Source: a virus (taxonomy: Duplodnaviria; Caudoviricetes). From it: 64,000 nucleotides of DNA. Under the pieces are notes generated by a model, which made no database searches, was not told where the DNA came from, and saw only the letters and a list, made by a program, of their open reading frames with translations. Position 1 is the first letter of the stretch. Every line of letters starts with the position of its first letter. The stretch spans positions 127-64,126 of IMG/VR virus record IMGVR_UViG_3300042887_001670. The stretch is one strand, 5' to 3'. Made by a program: the position numbers and the translations under genes. Below, one piece after another: positions 36,952-46,894 of this stretch.

Positions 36952-37524
36952 TTAGAACAAGTCCTTGGCATCGCCTTCGCTGATATTGCTGCCAGCAACA
37001 TCATCGAAGTCGTTATCAGCGCTGCGCCCGCCGCCAGTTGCGATACGCTCGCCATCGTCAATGAACTGAACATTGTTCAGTCCAAACGACACGCCCTTGT
37101 TGCCGCTGTTGTCATACCCGAAAGCATTGACGCTCGCGCGCACGAAGCAGCCAGGGTAGAGGCGATCTTCGTCGGTGATGACAGGGAACTTGCCTTCGAC
37201 CTTCTTGCGGTCCACTACCTTGGGCTGCTTCTTGCTGCTTACGGTGATGAAGATGCAATCGTCGTCAAAGCCAGCGGTGCCTTCCTTGTCGGAACCAGGA
37301 CGGAAAGGCGAACGCACATTCTTTGGCGGCTTTTCACCAAACTTGGCCTTAGCGGCAGCGCCCGCCGCCTTCTTCAGATTCTGAAACTCGGCGGTTTCCT
37401 GCGCGGCCTTGTCGAACACAAGAACACAGGAAAACTTCGGCGTGTTGCCATTGAACCCACGAGGCTCAAACAGAGCGGGAAAAGCAAGTCGGGCCTTGGG
37501 GGTAACTACGTTCGTCTCGCTCAT
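36952..37524 (-). CDS. ssDNA-binding protein (DUF2815 / T7 gp2.5-like)
   Basis: RLAFPALFEP, YPGCFVRASV, GNKGVSFGLNNVQ..DGE, acidic tail ending in F. Confidence 0.9.
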   Translation of the reverse strand: MSETNVVTPKARLAFPALFEPRGFNGNTPKFSCVLVFDKAAQETAEFQNLKKAAGAAAKAKFGEKPPKNVRSPFRPGSDKEGTAGFDDDCIFITVSSKKQPKVVDRKKVEGKFPVITDEDRLYPGCFVRASVNAFGYDNSGNKGVSFGLNNVQFIDDGERIATGGGRSADNDFDDVAGSNISEGDAKDLF

Positions 37525-37615
37525 CTGAGCGTTCTCCTTGGAGCCGGGTTGGCGTGCATTTTGCCCCTTGTGCGCGCACACCATTGCCCAGCCACGATGT
37601 TAAAGAGGGGCAAAA

Positions 37616-38842
37616 TTATTCGTAGTTGCGGAAGCCGTCATGGTCCAACGCCAACGTGTCATCAAACTCTCCGCCGATCTGGACCACAACTGCGGGCCGT
37701 TTGTCGGATAGCGATGCGATGGTGTTGCCTGAAGATACTGCCACAATGACCTCTGCCAGTCTATCCTTAATCGCCTTCTTCTTACCAAGTTTTTCCTCGG
37801 CTTGCGCGGGCGAGATTAGCTTGCGCGTGAAGATATCGTCATCCTCAAGACCCATGCTATTCAGGAGGTCAATGGCATCATCTTCGCTTTGCCACTTGCG
37901 CTGCGCCCGCTTGGCTACGAGCTTGTAGCCGGGGACAACGCCACCCTGTTCCAACTTACGCTGCGCGTATGCTTGGACAGAGTTGATCCACCCCTTGAAT
38001 ACATCGGCCTTGGCGAGAATCTGGCCGATCTGTTCTTCGCTCAGGCCCTCGGGCTCAGGGGGCAAAAAACCATCGTCAAACTCCGCTTGTGCCAGTGCTA
38101 CCGCCTGTTCGTGTAGGCGAGGGCACTTAGGCTGCGCCAAGCAGAACCGGCAATGGTCGCCCGCGTTAAGGGCAGCATCGGCCTCCTGCGTCTTGTGTGC
38201 TGCGGCGAGAAGGTCATCCGCGAACTCGATGCGAAGTGAGTAGGCGTCTGTCTCGAAAGACCTGATATGCCCATCAGCATGGCGGTAGCGGGGCTGCACG
38301 ATGACCATACGGATATGGCGCGGGAAGATGCCTTCCTGTGCCTCCAAAGCCAGCATGGCGCCCAAGGCATAGTAAGAAAGCTGAGGAGAGTTCTGCACCT
38401 TCACAGGCACACCAGCGCCATACTTCAGGTCCATTACGGTCAGGCGCTTCTCACGTTCATTCCAGATGACCGCATCCGCTGTGCCAAACATAGGCACAGG
38501 CGGATTAAGGGCCTCTAGCGTGAACCGTTGTTCGATGAACAGTTTGTTGCCTTTGGCTTCGGCCAGCACCGCGTCAACATAGACCTGCACCGCCTCAGCC
38601 ATATCTTCCGTGACTTCAAAGCCCTCAATCTCCTGCTCTAAGAAGTCAGAAGCAGGCTTGCCTTGGCGCAAGCACATCTCCGCCAACTCGTGTGCTGCGG
38701 TGCCTTCGCGTGCATATTCAGAAGAGATATTTGGCATCCCCTCAGATAGATTGACAGAGCCAGGGCAGGCGATCCACCGAGAAGCGGAACTCGCGCCCAA
38801 AGAAGCATGGGCACGATCAGCATGGACAGGCAGGTTAGACAT
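37616..38842 (-). CDS. Cas4-like PD-(D/E)xK exonuclease (DUF2800)
   Basis: HASLGASS..RW..CPGS, EGTAAH, GTAD, DLKYG, QLSYYA, GDHCRFC. Confidence 0.9.
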   Translation of the reverse strand: MSNLPVHADRAHASLGASSASRWIACPGSVNLSEGMPNISSEYAREGTAAHELAEMCLRQGKPASDFLEQEIEGFEVTEDMAEAVQVYVDAVLAEAKGNKLFIEQRFTLEALNPPVPMFGTADAVIWNEREKRLTVMDLKYGAGVPVKVQNSPQLSYYALGAMLALEAQEGIFPRHIRMVIVQPRYRHADGHIRSFETDAYSLRIEFADDLLAAAHKTQEADAALNAGDHCRFCLAQPKCPRLHEQAVALAQAEFDDGFLPPEPEGLSEEQIGQILAKADVFKGWINSVQAYAQRKLEQGGVVPGYKLVAKRAQRKWQSEDDAIDLLNSMGLEDDDIFTRKLISPAQAEEKLGKKKAIKDRLAEVIVAVSSGNTIASLSDKRPAVVVQIGGEFDDTLALDHDGFRNYE

Positions 38843-39356
38843 TGATTATGGCCCGTGTGATAGCGCGATAGTATTTCATGCACGCTTGGGCATCAAAGTC
38901 GGATACTCGCGCCATTTGTGTGTTGTCCGCAATCTCCTTACGAGTTGCGTCAGGACCGATTTCAGAGAGTCGCGCAGAAAGTAGATCGCGGCAATACTTG
39001 CGGCCTTGCTCTACGTTTTTAGCAAACCATTCGTCGGGGAACATCGGAAAATCACGTTCTTCCACATTAAACGTATCGCTGTGGTAGGCGTCCATTTCCT
39101 GACAGTCTGCCGCTTCTTCCACAATCTCGATCTGTTGCGGCTCTACAACGGCCACGGATACTACCGTAGAAGCGTCAGTCTTGCGCGGCCTGCCGCGTGG
39201 GCGCTTCTCACCTGTAGAGGCAACAGTGGTCGTATTCTCCACCGTATCCTCTTCTAGGCTCACGCCCGCAAGAAGGTGGATAGCGTCGTTAGAAATCCTG
39301 TGGATGCCTTTGATCGCCGTCTCGGCAATCAGGGCAATCGCTTCGTTGCGGTCCAT
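38835..39356 (-). CDS. Hypothetical protein with AT-hook
   Basis: KRPRGRPRK; position typical of the replication module. Confidence 0.65.
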   Translation of the reverse strand: MDRNEAIALIAETAIKGIHRISNDAIHLLAGVSLEEDTVENTTTVASTGEKRPRGRPRKTDASTVVSVAVVEPQQIEIVEEAADCQEMDAYHSDTFNVEERDFPMFPDEWFAKNVEQGRKYCRDLLSARLSEIGPDATRKEIADNTQMARVSDFDAQACMKYYRAITRAIINV

Positions 39357-39366
39357 CTTATACCCC

Positions 39367-40776
39367 TTAGAGCATGATTTCGCTGATTTGCTTTGACTTG
39401 CGTATGATAACGCGAGTCAAATCTTCATCAATCGAGCCAGCCAATACCACGTATCTGGCAAGCACGCTAGAACTTTCTTGGCCAATTCGGTGCGCCCGCG
39501 CCGCTGCTTGGACGTTCTCGGCAGGGGTCCACGACGGTTCCATAATCAAAACATTATCGCTTGCCGTCAGCGTAATGGCAGAGTTAGTAGCCGTGATCTG
39601 CCCAATAAAGACACGGATATCCGGTTTGCCTTGAAAGTCATCAATCGCCTTTTGTCGAGTATTCCGTGCGGTGTCCCCTGTAATCACGACAGGGGAAAAG
39701 GCTTTGAGCTTTTCCGCTACTTGTGAGATAACTTCTCGATGGTAGCAGAACAAGATAATCTTCTTCGCGCCATTCTCCAATTCTTCTTTGATGAAATCAC
39801 TTGTCGGCTCTACTTTTGCAAGCCCGACAGCGCGGCGCAAGGATGCAAGCGCTTGCTTATCCGCATTACGAAGAATATCGTCTGATAAGGTGCCGTCTTT
39901 GTTATGGTGGTTTGCAGCCGCTGCGGCCAGGACGGCTTTGACTTCTGAGATAGCTTGCGTTTTCTCAAGCGCCATCACTTCCTTGAGCGCGGACTTGGGC
40001 GGCTCAAGAACAATCGTGCCCCATTGGAGTGCGGGCAACTGCGTCAACACATCTTCTTTCTTACGTCTGATGAAGAAACCATCAATACGTTGGCGCAATT
40101 CGCCTGTATTTTTGTTGCCTTTAATACGCTCAACTGTCCGCATACCAAAATGCAGTATGTCCAAAACGCAAAAGTATTTTACGAATTGAGCATAGGTCAT
40201 ACGCCCGTCTGGCGTTTGTAGCCGCTCGGAGGCTAGTGCGCGTAGGTGCGTGTAGATTTCTGAAGCGTTGTTTGGCAGCGGAGTGCCAGTTAGAATCCAT
40301 GTGCGTTTGGTGGCGGCTAGAATGCCGCCTTGGCCGTTAAGCCTTTCGCCATAGACTGCTTTCGTGCGTAGGGCTGTTCGGTTCTTAAGTGCGTGCGCTT
40401 CGTCAATGATAAGAAGATCAAACCCCATATCAAGGATTTTAGCGCGTAGTGTAGGATTGGCGAGCATATCGTAGCTGACAATAACCACATCTGCTTCAAG
40501 TGGAATGTCAGACTTGATATTTTTAATCACGAAAGTTGTTCGTGGAATTATCTGCCAATTCAGCATTTCGCGCTGCCAGTTGATCCGCGCCACGGCAGGA
40601 CAAACGACTAGAATGCGGCGCAGATTAAGGGCATCCGCCGCCCTGATCGCCTGCGCCGTTTTACCAAGCCCCATGTCGTCAAAAAGACCGGCATTGGAGT
40701 TGTCGGTCTTTTTGGCAACAAGGAAGTTGACGCCTTCAATCTGGTAGGGGAGAAGGCCGTCTTGCCAGTTAGGCAT
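39367..40776 (-). CDS. SNF2/SF2 helicase
   Basis: DDMGLGKT, DEAH, LTGTP, QAAARAHRIGQ. Confidence 0.93.
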   Translation of the reverse strand: MPNWQDGLLPYQIEGVNFLVAKKTDNSNAGLFDDMGLGKTAQAIRAADALNLRRILVVCPAVARINWQREMLNWQIIPRTTFVIKNIKSDIPLEADVVIVSYDMLANPTLRAKILDMGFDLLIIDEAHALKNRTALRTKAVYGERLNGQGGILAATKRTWILTGTPLPNNASEIYTHLRALASERLQTPDGRMTYAQFVKYFCVLDILHFGMRTVERIKGNKNTGELRQRIDGFFIRRKKEDVLTQLPALQWGTIVLEPPKSALKEVMALEKTQAISEVKAVLAAAAANHHNKDGTLSDDILRNADKQALASLRRAVGLAKVEPTSDFIKEELENGAKKIILFCYHREVISQVAEKLKAFSPVVITGDTARNTRQKAIDDFQGKPDIRVFIGQITATNSAITLTASDNVLIMEPSWTPAENVQAAARAHRIGQESSSVLARYVVLAGSIDEDLTRVIIRKSKQISEIML

Positions 40777-41251
40777 TGCTCAACCCATAATAGGCCAACA
40801 ACGCACTCTCCGCCCTACCATCGTCCTTTACGCGCTTAAACAAATCTACCTTGTCAGGGAACAACGCCATCGCCTTCAAGCGCGCTCCTCCCTTGTCAGC
40901 AGGAATGTTCATGCGCCGCTTCCACGTTGCAGGGTGGACGAGCGTAGTAGGGATTTGAAGTGCCGCCAAGACCCCTTCGATCTGTCCAAGATTGCGCCCA
41001 AAAGAGAAAGCGCCGACAGCGCCTTCTCCTGGTCGAACGCCGACACTTTCAAGGAATGCCTTCTGCGGTGCCATGTTTTTTATCATAGCCGCGAGTGCCG
41101 CAGGGGGCACGCTCCTGCGCTTCTTACCGTTAACGACGACTTCGATAGTCGGCATGTCCTCGATAGCAAGAACTTTACCGTTTTGGTCAAGCAGGGCCAA
41201 AGCCCCGCTTAGACCTGGGTCGATGCCAAGGATCAAAATACGTCGCCCCAC
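40769..41251 (-). CDS. RuvC-like Holliday junction resolvase
   Basis: LGIDPGLSGA, FSFG, P..WK, DGRAESALLA. Confidence 0.85.
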   Translation of the reverse strand: MGRRILILGIDPGLSGALALLDQNGKVLAIEDMPTIEVVVNGKKRRSVPPAALAAMIKNMAPQKAFLESVGVRPGEGAVGAFSFGRNLGQIEGVLAALQIPTTLVHPATWKRRMNIPADKGGARLKAMALFPDKVDLFKRVKDDGRAESALLAYYGLSNA

Positions 41252-42189
41252 TCACCCTTGGTCGCCGCCTTGCTATACTCAGTGGCGCGGTTCTCGAAAA
41301 AGTTGGTATGCTCTGGTGCGTTCAGCAACTCATCGAGCCAAGGTAGGGGGTTGTCCTTGACCTTGTAGATTGGCACCATACGCAACTGAAGCAAGCGCCT
41401 ATCTGCGATGAAGCGGATATACTGCTTGATTTCATCGGCAGTCATGCCATGCACGGGGCCTAGAGCAAACGCCAAATCAATGAACGCATCTTCATGCTCT
41501 ACGATAGTCTTGCAGATTTCGTAGATTTCAGCCTTGAGCGAGTCGTCAAAAAGACTTGGATTTTCCGCGCAATAGGTATGGAAAAGCCGGATGATATTCT
41601 CACAGTGCAACGTCTCGTCTCGAACAGACCACGCAATGATCTGCCCCATGCCTTTCATCTTACCAAAGCGAGGGAAGTTAAGGAGCATGGCAAAAGAAGC
41701 AAAAAGTTGTAGCCCTTCAGTAAAGGCACCGAAGGCTGCGAGCGTTTTAGCTACCTCTCGTGGATTGTCCGTCGAGAAGCTGCTGAAGTAGTCATACTTG
41801 TCGCGCATCTCCTTGATCTGCATGAAAGTGGTGTATTCACTCTCAGGCATTCCGACCGTATCGAGAAGATGCGAGTAAGAAGCGACATGGACTGTTTCGC
41901 TAGTCGCAAAAGCGGACAGCATCATGACCACTTCGGTTGGCTTGAAGATAGGCAGATAGTTGTGGACATAGTTTTCCGCCACGGACGCATCAGCTTGCGT
42001 GAAGAAGCGAAAAATCTGTGTCAGTAGGTTCTTCTCAGAAGGCTCTAGGCGCTTCTGCCAATCACGCACATCGTCTGCCAGGGGCACTTCCTCTGGAAGC
42101 CAGTGGATGCGCTGCTGCTGAAGCCACGCATCATATGCCCAAGGATAGCGGAAAGGCTTGTAGCCGATGGACGGAGTGGTGAGAGACAT
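41233..42189 (-). CDS. nrdB: Ribonucleotide reductase class Ia beta subunit
   Basis: YKPFRYPWA, HWLPEEV, FFTQAD, EGLQLF.SF, RDETLH, NFFENRATEY. Confidence 0.95.
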   Translation of the reverse strand: MSLTTPSIGYKPFRYPWAYDAWLQQQRIHWLPEEVPLADDVRDWQKRLEPSEKNLLTQIFRFFTQADASVAENYVHNYLPIFKPTEVVMMLSAFATSETVHVASYSHLLDTVGMPESEYTTFMQIKEMRDKYDYFSSFSTDNPREVAKTLAAFGAFTEGLQLFASFAMLLNFPRFGKMKGMGQIIAWSVRDETLHCENIIRLFHTYCAENPSLFDDSLKAEIYEICKTIVEHEDAFIDLAFALGPVHGMTADEIKQYIRFIADRRLLQLRMVPIYKVKDNPLPWLDELLNAPEHTNFFENRATEYSKAATKGEWGDVF

Positions 42190-42337
42190 GGCGTTCCCTT
42201 TCCAGGCTTAGTGGTTCGCAGGACGCGCAACTTACTCCCCCTTGACGGCGCTGGCAAGTGCTTTCCTATTGTGTTTGAGCGACGCTGTATGGTAGGGAAC
42301 AGGATAGGCCCTGCTGCTGATTTCCAAGGGACATCTG

Positions 42338-45300
42338 ATGCCAATCACCATTTCGCTCTACAACCATACTGTTGCGCGTTTTGCTTCGGGTGCCAACGCC
42401 GCCAGCGACACATATAAGTTTAAGCTGCTGACTGCTGCAACGTTTGATGCGGCTCATACGACTTTGGCTCAGACAGGTGGGACCCAATCAGGTTCTTCTA
42501 CTGGATATCCTGCCGGTGGCGCCACGCTGACTGGTGTTTCCATCGTGGTGGTTGCCCTTAATGCGGCCCGCTTTGATGCTGATGACGTGAGTTTAACGGC
42601 GACGGGTGGTTCAATTACTGCCAGTTACGGTATTCTCTATAATGACACTGACACAGATGATCCTCCGGTCGCATTTGTGGATTTTGGTGGGTCGCAAACC
42701 GCCGCCAATGGCAGCCCTTTCAACGTGGTCTGGAACGGCTCGGGTATTGTCACCTGGGTCACAGATGATACGTCTCTCTATACGCTTCCTGCTGCGACCG
42801 CCAATAACCTTGGTGGCGTGCGCGGCGGCGCCAACCTAACTCTCAGCCAAGATGGTGTTCTTAGCCTCAGCAGCACCAACGTCATTTCTGCCCTTGGCTT
42901 GACGCCCGTTAATTCGGCAGGGGCTGCTGCGGCGGCCCCGGTGCAGTCCGTGGCTGGTCGAACTAATGCGGTGGTGTTGGGTGCGGGCGATATTACCTCT
43001 GGAATCTTTGACGCCGCGCGTCTGCCTTTAGCTACAGGTAGCACAGCGGGGGCTGTCATCGGTGGTTCAAACTTAAGTCTCGCTGGCAACGGCACGCTCA
43101 GCCTTAGCAGCACCAATGTCATCAACGCACTTGGCTTGACGCCTGTTGATTCGGCAGGGGCCGCTGCGGCTGCGGCTGCTGCACTAAATTCATCCTTGCG
43201 CCTCTACGTGACGACCACAGGTAGCGACAGCAATGCGGGCACATCCCCTGCGTTGCCCAAGCGCACTATCAAGGCTGCCGTGGAATCCGCTGCTGCGGGC
43301 ACAACAGTTTTTGTTGAATCAGGCAATTACGTCGAACAAAACCCGATCAATTTCCCTGCGCGTGTCTCTCTTGTTGGAGATAACCTGCGTCGCGTGGATG
43401 TTCGCCCAACCAACCCTACTCTTGATATTTATCATTTGCAGTCGGGTTGCTATGTCTATGGCGTCACCTTTCGCGACCACGCCGCGCCCGCATACGCTTG
43501 CGCCTTCCCTTGCGCCACGGCACGCGCTACGGTTAATGGCAGCGGCGTCATCACAGGCCTGACACTGCTTTACAGCCCGTCTGGATACTCGTCTGCGCCT
43601 GAGGTATGGATTGAGCCTCCGTTCAACGGGGGCACGCAGGCGACCGCGACGGCGAATATGTCAGGTGGCCTGATTACAAGTTTCACGATAGTCGAAGGCG
43701 GCTCTGGGTATGATGCGACTGACCGCCCTTGTGTCTCGATTAAGCACCCGTCCCCGCCTTCCATCACAAGTTCGCCTTATGTACAGAACTGCTCGTCCAT
43801 CACCGGGCCGTTTGACACGACAGGTGTGGCCTTTGCCTCTAACCTAATCGTGCCGCCATATGATGAAAATAACGTAGCAGGCACAGGGCGTATTATTGAT
43901 CCTCGCGGTGCCGGTGGCGGCATCCGTGTGGATGGTCAGGTGGTGGCAAGCGGTAGCCCACTAAACAGTTTCGTGGCAGACGCCTTTACCCAAATCAACC
44001 AAGGTGGCCCTGGCCATCTAATTCTAAACAAAGGATACGCGCAGTTCGTTTCCTGCTTCACCACATTCTCGCATACGGGTTACGAAGCACGCGCAGGCGG
44101 TTTCGCCAACGTCTCAAATAGCGTGCTTGACTTCGGCACTTACGGTTTGCGTGCGCGGGGTTATTACCCTGTGGCCCAAGTAAGCGGCACGGCGGATGCT
44201 ACCCTCCGCAGCACGGTTGCTGGCTTTACGGTCACGAATGGCGGTAGTAACTACACCAGCCCGCCCACGGTTGCGGTCTCTGGCAACGCTACGGCAGTCG
44301 CAGTTATTGAGAATGGCGCCGTGGTTGCCGTGAACGTCACGTTTGCTGGTAGTGGATATACAAGCGCGCCTAGTGTCTCGTTCTCAGGTGGCAACGGTTC
44401 TGATGCTGCGGCTACGGCACAATTGGCGAGTTCGGGAAGCATTACGGTAGCCGGGTTATCCCGTCGCCCTGATGTGGGCACCACGGTTGCCAAGATCGGT
44501 GGTAACTTCTATTCGATCACGGGCGCATCGCCTCTTGTTGGTGGTAAAAGCACGCTATCCATCTACCCTGGCATCCCATCTGTTGACGCGGGTAACGCGG
44601 TTGATGTCCATGACGTTTCGTTGATTACATCCGGCTCGCTTGTCACAGAATATGTGGGGAGCGGTGTCACCTACAACGCGCTTCCCAAGTTTGGCGGCAT
44701 CCCCAATCCAACCAATGCTATTTCAACCACGGCACCTGGGCGCATCTACTATGCGATGCTGACGGAGACGGGCAATTTCTCTATCGGCCCGTTCTTCTCA
44801 GTGGAACAGTCTACAGGCACGGTCACAATCAATAGCGATCAGTTCAATTTGGCAGGCCTTTCATCTATCGGGCCTTTCAAACGCAATGGTGTCGCAGTTG
44901 GCGTGCAATTGCAAGAACTGTCAAATAACGCCACGCTTCTAGCCAGCACAGGCCAGAATGACGGCAATACAGCGCCAACACAATTTGCCGTCAAGACTTA
45001 TGTAGATGGCCGCACGCTTGATAATCTGGCTGACGTGGTAGCAACAAGTCCCTCGGCTGGGCAGGTCTTAGCGTGGAGCAACGCCAATCAGCGATGGGAG
45101 CCTAAGAGCCTTGTCGTAGCAGATGTGTCGGGCGCTGTGCCTGACACGCGCAGCGTCTCCACGGGGACGGGCCTGAGCGGGGGTGGCGCTCTGTCCGCTG
45201 ACCGCACTCTAGCACTTGCCAATACCGCCGTTACGGCGGGGGCTTATGGCACTGCTTCTGGGGTCGCGACGTTCACCGTTGACGCGCAGGGGCGCTTGAC

Positions 45301-46894
45301 CAATGCTTCTACCCTAAGCATCACTCCTGCGGGTATCGGCGCTGTGCCTGATACGCGCAGCGTCTCAACGGGGACGGGCCTAAGCGGTGGTGGCGCTCTC
45401 TCCGCTGACCGCACTCTAGCACTTGCTAATACCGCCGTTACGGCGGGGGCTTATGGCACTGCATCTGGGGTCGCGACATTCACCGTTGACGCGCAGGGGC
45501 GCTTGACCAATGCTTCTACCCTAAGCATCACTCCTGCGGGTATCGGCGCTGTGCCTGATACGCGTAGCGTTTCTACGGGGACGGGGCTGAGCGGGGGTGG
45601 CGCTCTGTCCGCTGACCGCACTCTAGCACTTGCTGATACCGCCGTTACGGCGGGGGCTTATGGCACTGCATCTGGGGTCGCGACGTTCACCGTTGACGCG
45701 CAGGGGCGCTTGACCAATGCTTCTACTGTAACCATCACCCCTGCGGGTATCGGCGCTGTGCCTGATACGCGTAGCGTTTCTACGGGGACGGGGCTGAGCG
45801 GGGGTGGCGCTCTGTCCGCTGACCGCACTCTAGCCCTTGCTAATACCGCCGTTACGGCGGGAGCTTATGGCACTGCATCTGGGGTCGCGACGTTCACCGT
45901 TGACGCGCAGGGCCGCTTGACCAATGCTTCTACCCTAAGCATCACTCCTGCGGGTATCGGCGCTGTGCCTGATACGCGCAGCGTCTCCACGGGGACGGGC
46001 CTGAGCGGGGGTGGCGCTCTGTCCGCTGACCGCACTCTAGCACTTGCTGATACCGCCGTTGCGGCGGGGACTTATGGCACCGCGTCTGGCGTAGCAACGT
46101 TCACCGTTGACGCGCAGGGCCGCTTGACCAATGCTTCTACCACCGCCATCTCCATCACCGCAGCAGCCGTGAGCGGGCTTGCGACTTCCGCCACCACCGA
46201 CACCACGAACGCCGGTAACATCACCAGCGGTACGCTGGTGGCGGCCAATGGCGGCACCGGACAGACGAGTTATACGGTGGGCGATCTGCTCTATGCCTCG
46301 GACAGCACTACTCTCGCGAAACTGGCAGGCGTGGCGACGGGCAACGCACTCATTTCCGGCGGTGTCGGCACAGCGCCGAGCTTCGGCAAGATCGGGCTGG
46401 CCACGCATGTGAGCGGGACGCTGGCTGTGGCGAACGGCGGGACCGGTGGCACAGATGCTTCGACGGCTCGGACCAACCTAGGTCTTGGCACTGCCGCCAC
46501 TAAGGCTGGGCCAACTGGCGACATTGTTGGCACGACGGACACCCAGACACTCAGCGCCAAAACGCTCACCAACCCGACCGTGACAAACTACACGGAGACG
46601 GTGGCGACTTCGACCGGCAGCACGACCATTGACCTCACCAACGGCACGTTGTTCAAAATCACGACGAACGGGGCCGTGACCATCACGCTGCCGTCCAGTG
46701 TGGCGGGGAAGAGCTTTGTGGTGATTGTGGCCTATGGTGGTGTGCATACGGTCACTTGGGCTGGTGGATCGACGCTGAAATGGGCAGGCGGCACGACGCC
46801 GACCGCCACAAGCGTCAACGCGAAGTTTGATATTTTCACGTTCTTCTGCGATGGCACCAACACGTATGGCAGCATCTTCGGACAGAACTTCTGA
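42338..46894 (+). CDS. Large fibre/adhesin-like virion protein (1518 aa)
   Basis: YVTTTGSDSNAG..KRTIKAA beta-helix start, SPYVQNCS, GSGY repeats, VDAQGRLT fibre repeats, GGTG repeats. Confidence 0.8.
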   Translation: MPITISLYNHTVARFASGANAASDTYKFKLLTAATFDAAHTTLAQTGGTQSGSSTGYPAGGATLTGVSIVVVALNAARFDADDVSLTATGGSITASYGILYNDTDTDDPPVAFVDFGGSQTAANGSPFNVVWNGSGIVTWVTDDTSLYTLPAATANNLGGVRGGANLTLSQDGVLSLSSTNVISALGLTPVNSAGAAAAAPVQSVAGRTNAVVLGAGDITSGIFDAARLPLATGSTAGAVIGGSNLSLAGNGTLSLSSTNVINALGLTPVDSAGAAAAAAAALNSSLRLYVTTTGSDSNAGTSPALPKRTIKAAVESAAAGTTVFVESGNYVEQNPINFPARVSLVGDNLRRVDVRPTNPTLDIYHLQSGCYVYGVTFRDHAAPAYACAFPCATARATVNGSGVITGLTLLYSPSGYSSAPEVWIEPPFNGGTQATATANMSGGLITSFTIVEGGSGYDATDRPCVSIKHPSPPSITSSPYVQNCSSITGPFDTTGVAFASNLIVPPYDENNVAGTGRIIDPRGAGGGIRVDGQVVASGSPLNSFVADAFTQINQGGPGHLILNKGYAQFVSCFTTFSHTGYEARAGGFANVSNSVLDFGTYGLRARGYYPVAQVSGTADATLRSTVAGFTVTNGGSNYTSPPTVAVSGNATAVAVIENGAVVAVNVTFAGSGYTSAPSVSFSGGNGSDAAATAQLASSGSITVAGLSRRPDVGTTVAKIGGNFYSITGASPLVGGKSTLSIYPGIPSVDAGNAVDVHDVSLITSGSLVTEYVGSGVTYNALPKFGGIPNPTNAISTTAPGRIYYAMLTETGNFSIGPFFSVEQSTGTVTINSDQFNLAGLSSIGPFKRNGVAVGVQLQELSNNATLLASTGQNDGNTAPTQFAVKTYVDGRTLDNLADVVATSPSAGQVLAWSNANQRWEPKSLVVADVSGAVPDTRSVSTGTGLSGGGALSADRTLALANTAVTAGAYGTASGVATFTVDAQGRLTNASTLSITPAGIGAVPDTRSVSTGTGLSGGGALSADRTLALANTAVTAGAYGTASGVATFTVDAQGRLTNASTLSITPAGIGAVPDTRSVSTGTGLSGGGALSADRTLALADTAVTAGAYGTASGVATFTVDAQGRLTNASTVTITPAGIGAVPDTRSVSTGTGLSGGGALSADRTLALANTAVTAGAYGTASGVATFTVDAQGRLTNASTLSITPAGIGAVPDTRSVSTGTGLSGGGALSADRTLALADTAVAAGTYGTASGVATFTVDAQGRLTNASTTAISITAAAVSGLATSATTDTTNAGNITSGTLVAANGGTGQTSYTVGDLLYASDSTTLAKLAGVATGNALISGGVGTAPSFGKIGLATHVSGTLAVANGGTGGTDASTARTNLGLGTAATKAGPTGDIVGTTDTQTLSAKTLTNPTVTNYTETVATSTGSTTIDLTNGTLFKITTNGAVTITLPSSVAGKSFVVIVAYGGVHTVTWAGGSTLKWAGGTTPTATSVNAKFDIFTFFCDGTNTYGSIFGQNF
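45131..46141 (+). repeat. Five near-identical 207-nt (69-aa) in-frame tandem repeats
   Basis: Units start at 45131, 45338, 45545, 45752, 45959 (GGCGCTGTGCCTGA...). Confidence 0.95.

Noticed and set aside
36898-37749. 283-aa plus-strand ORF
   Set aside because: Antisense to SSB; no recognisable features.
37616-38842. Cas4 as evidence of a CRISPR-Cas system
   Set aside because: It is the DUF2800-type nuclease routinely found with SSB and PolA in phage replication modules.
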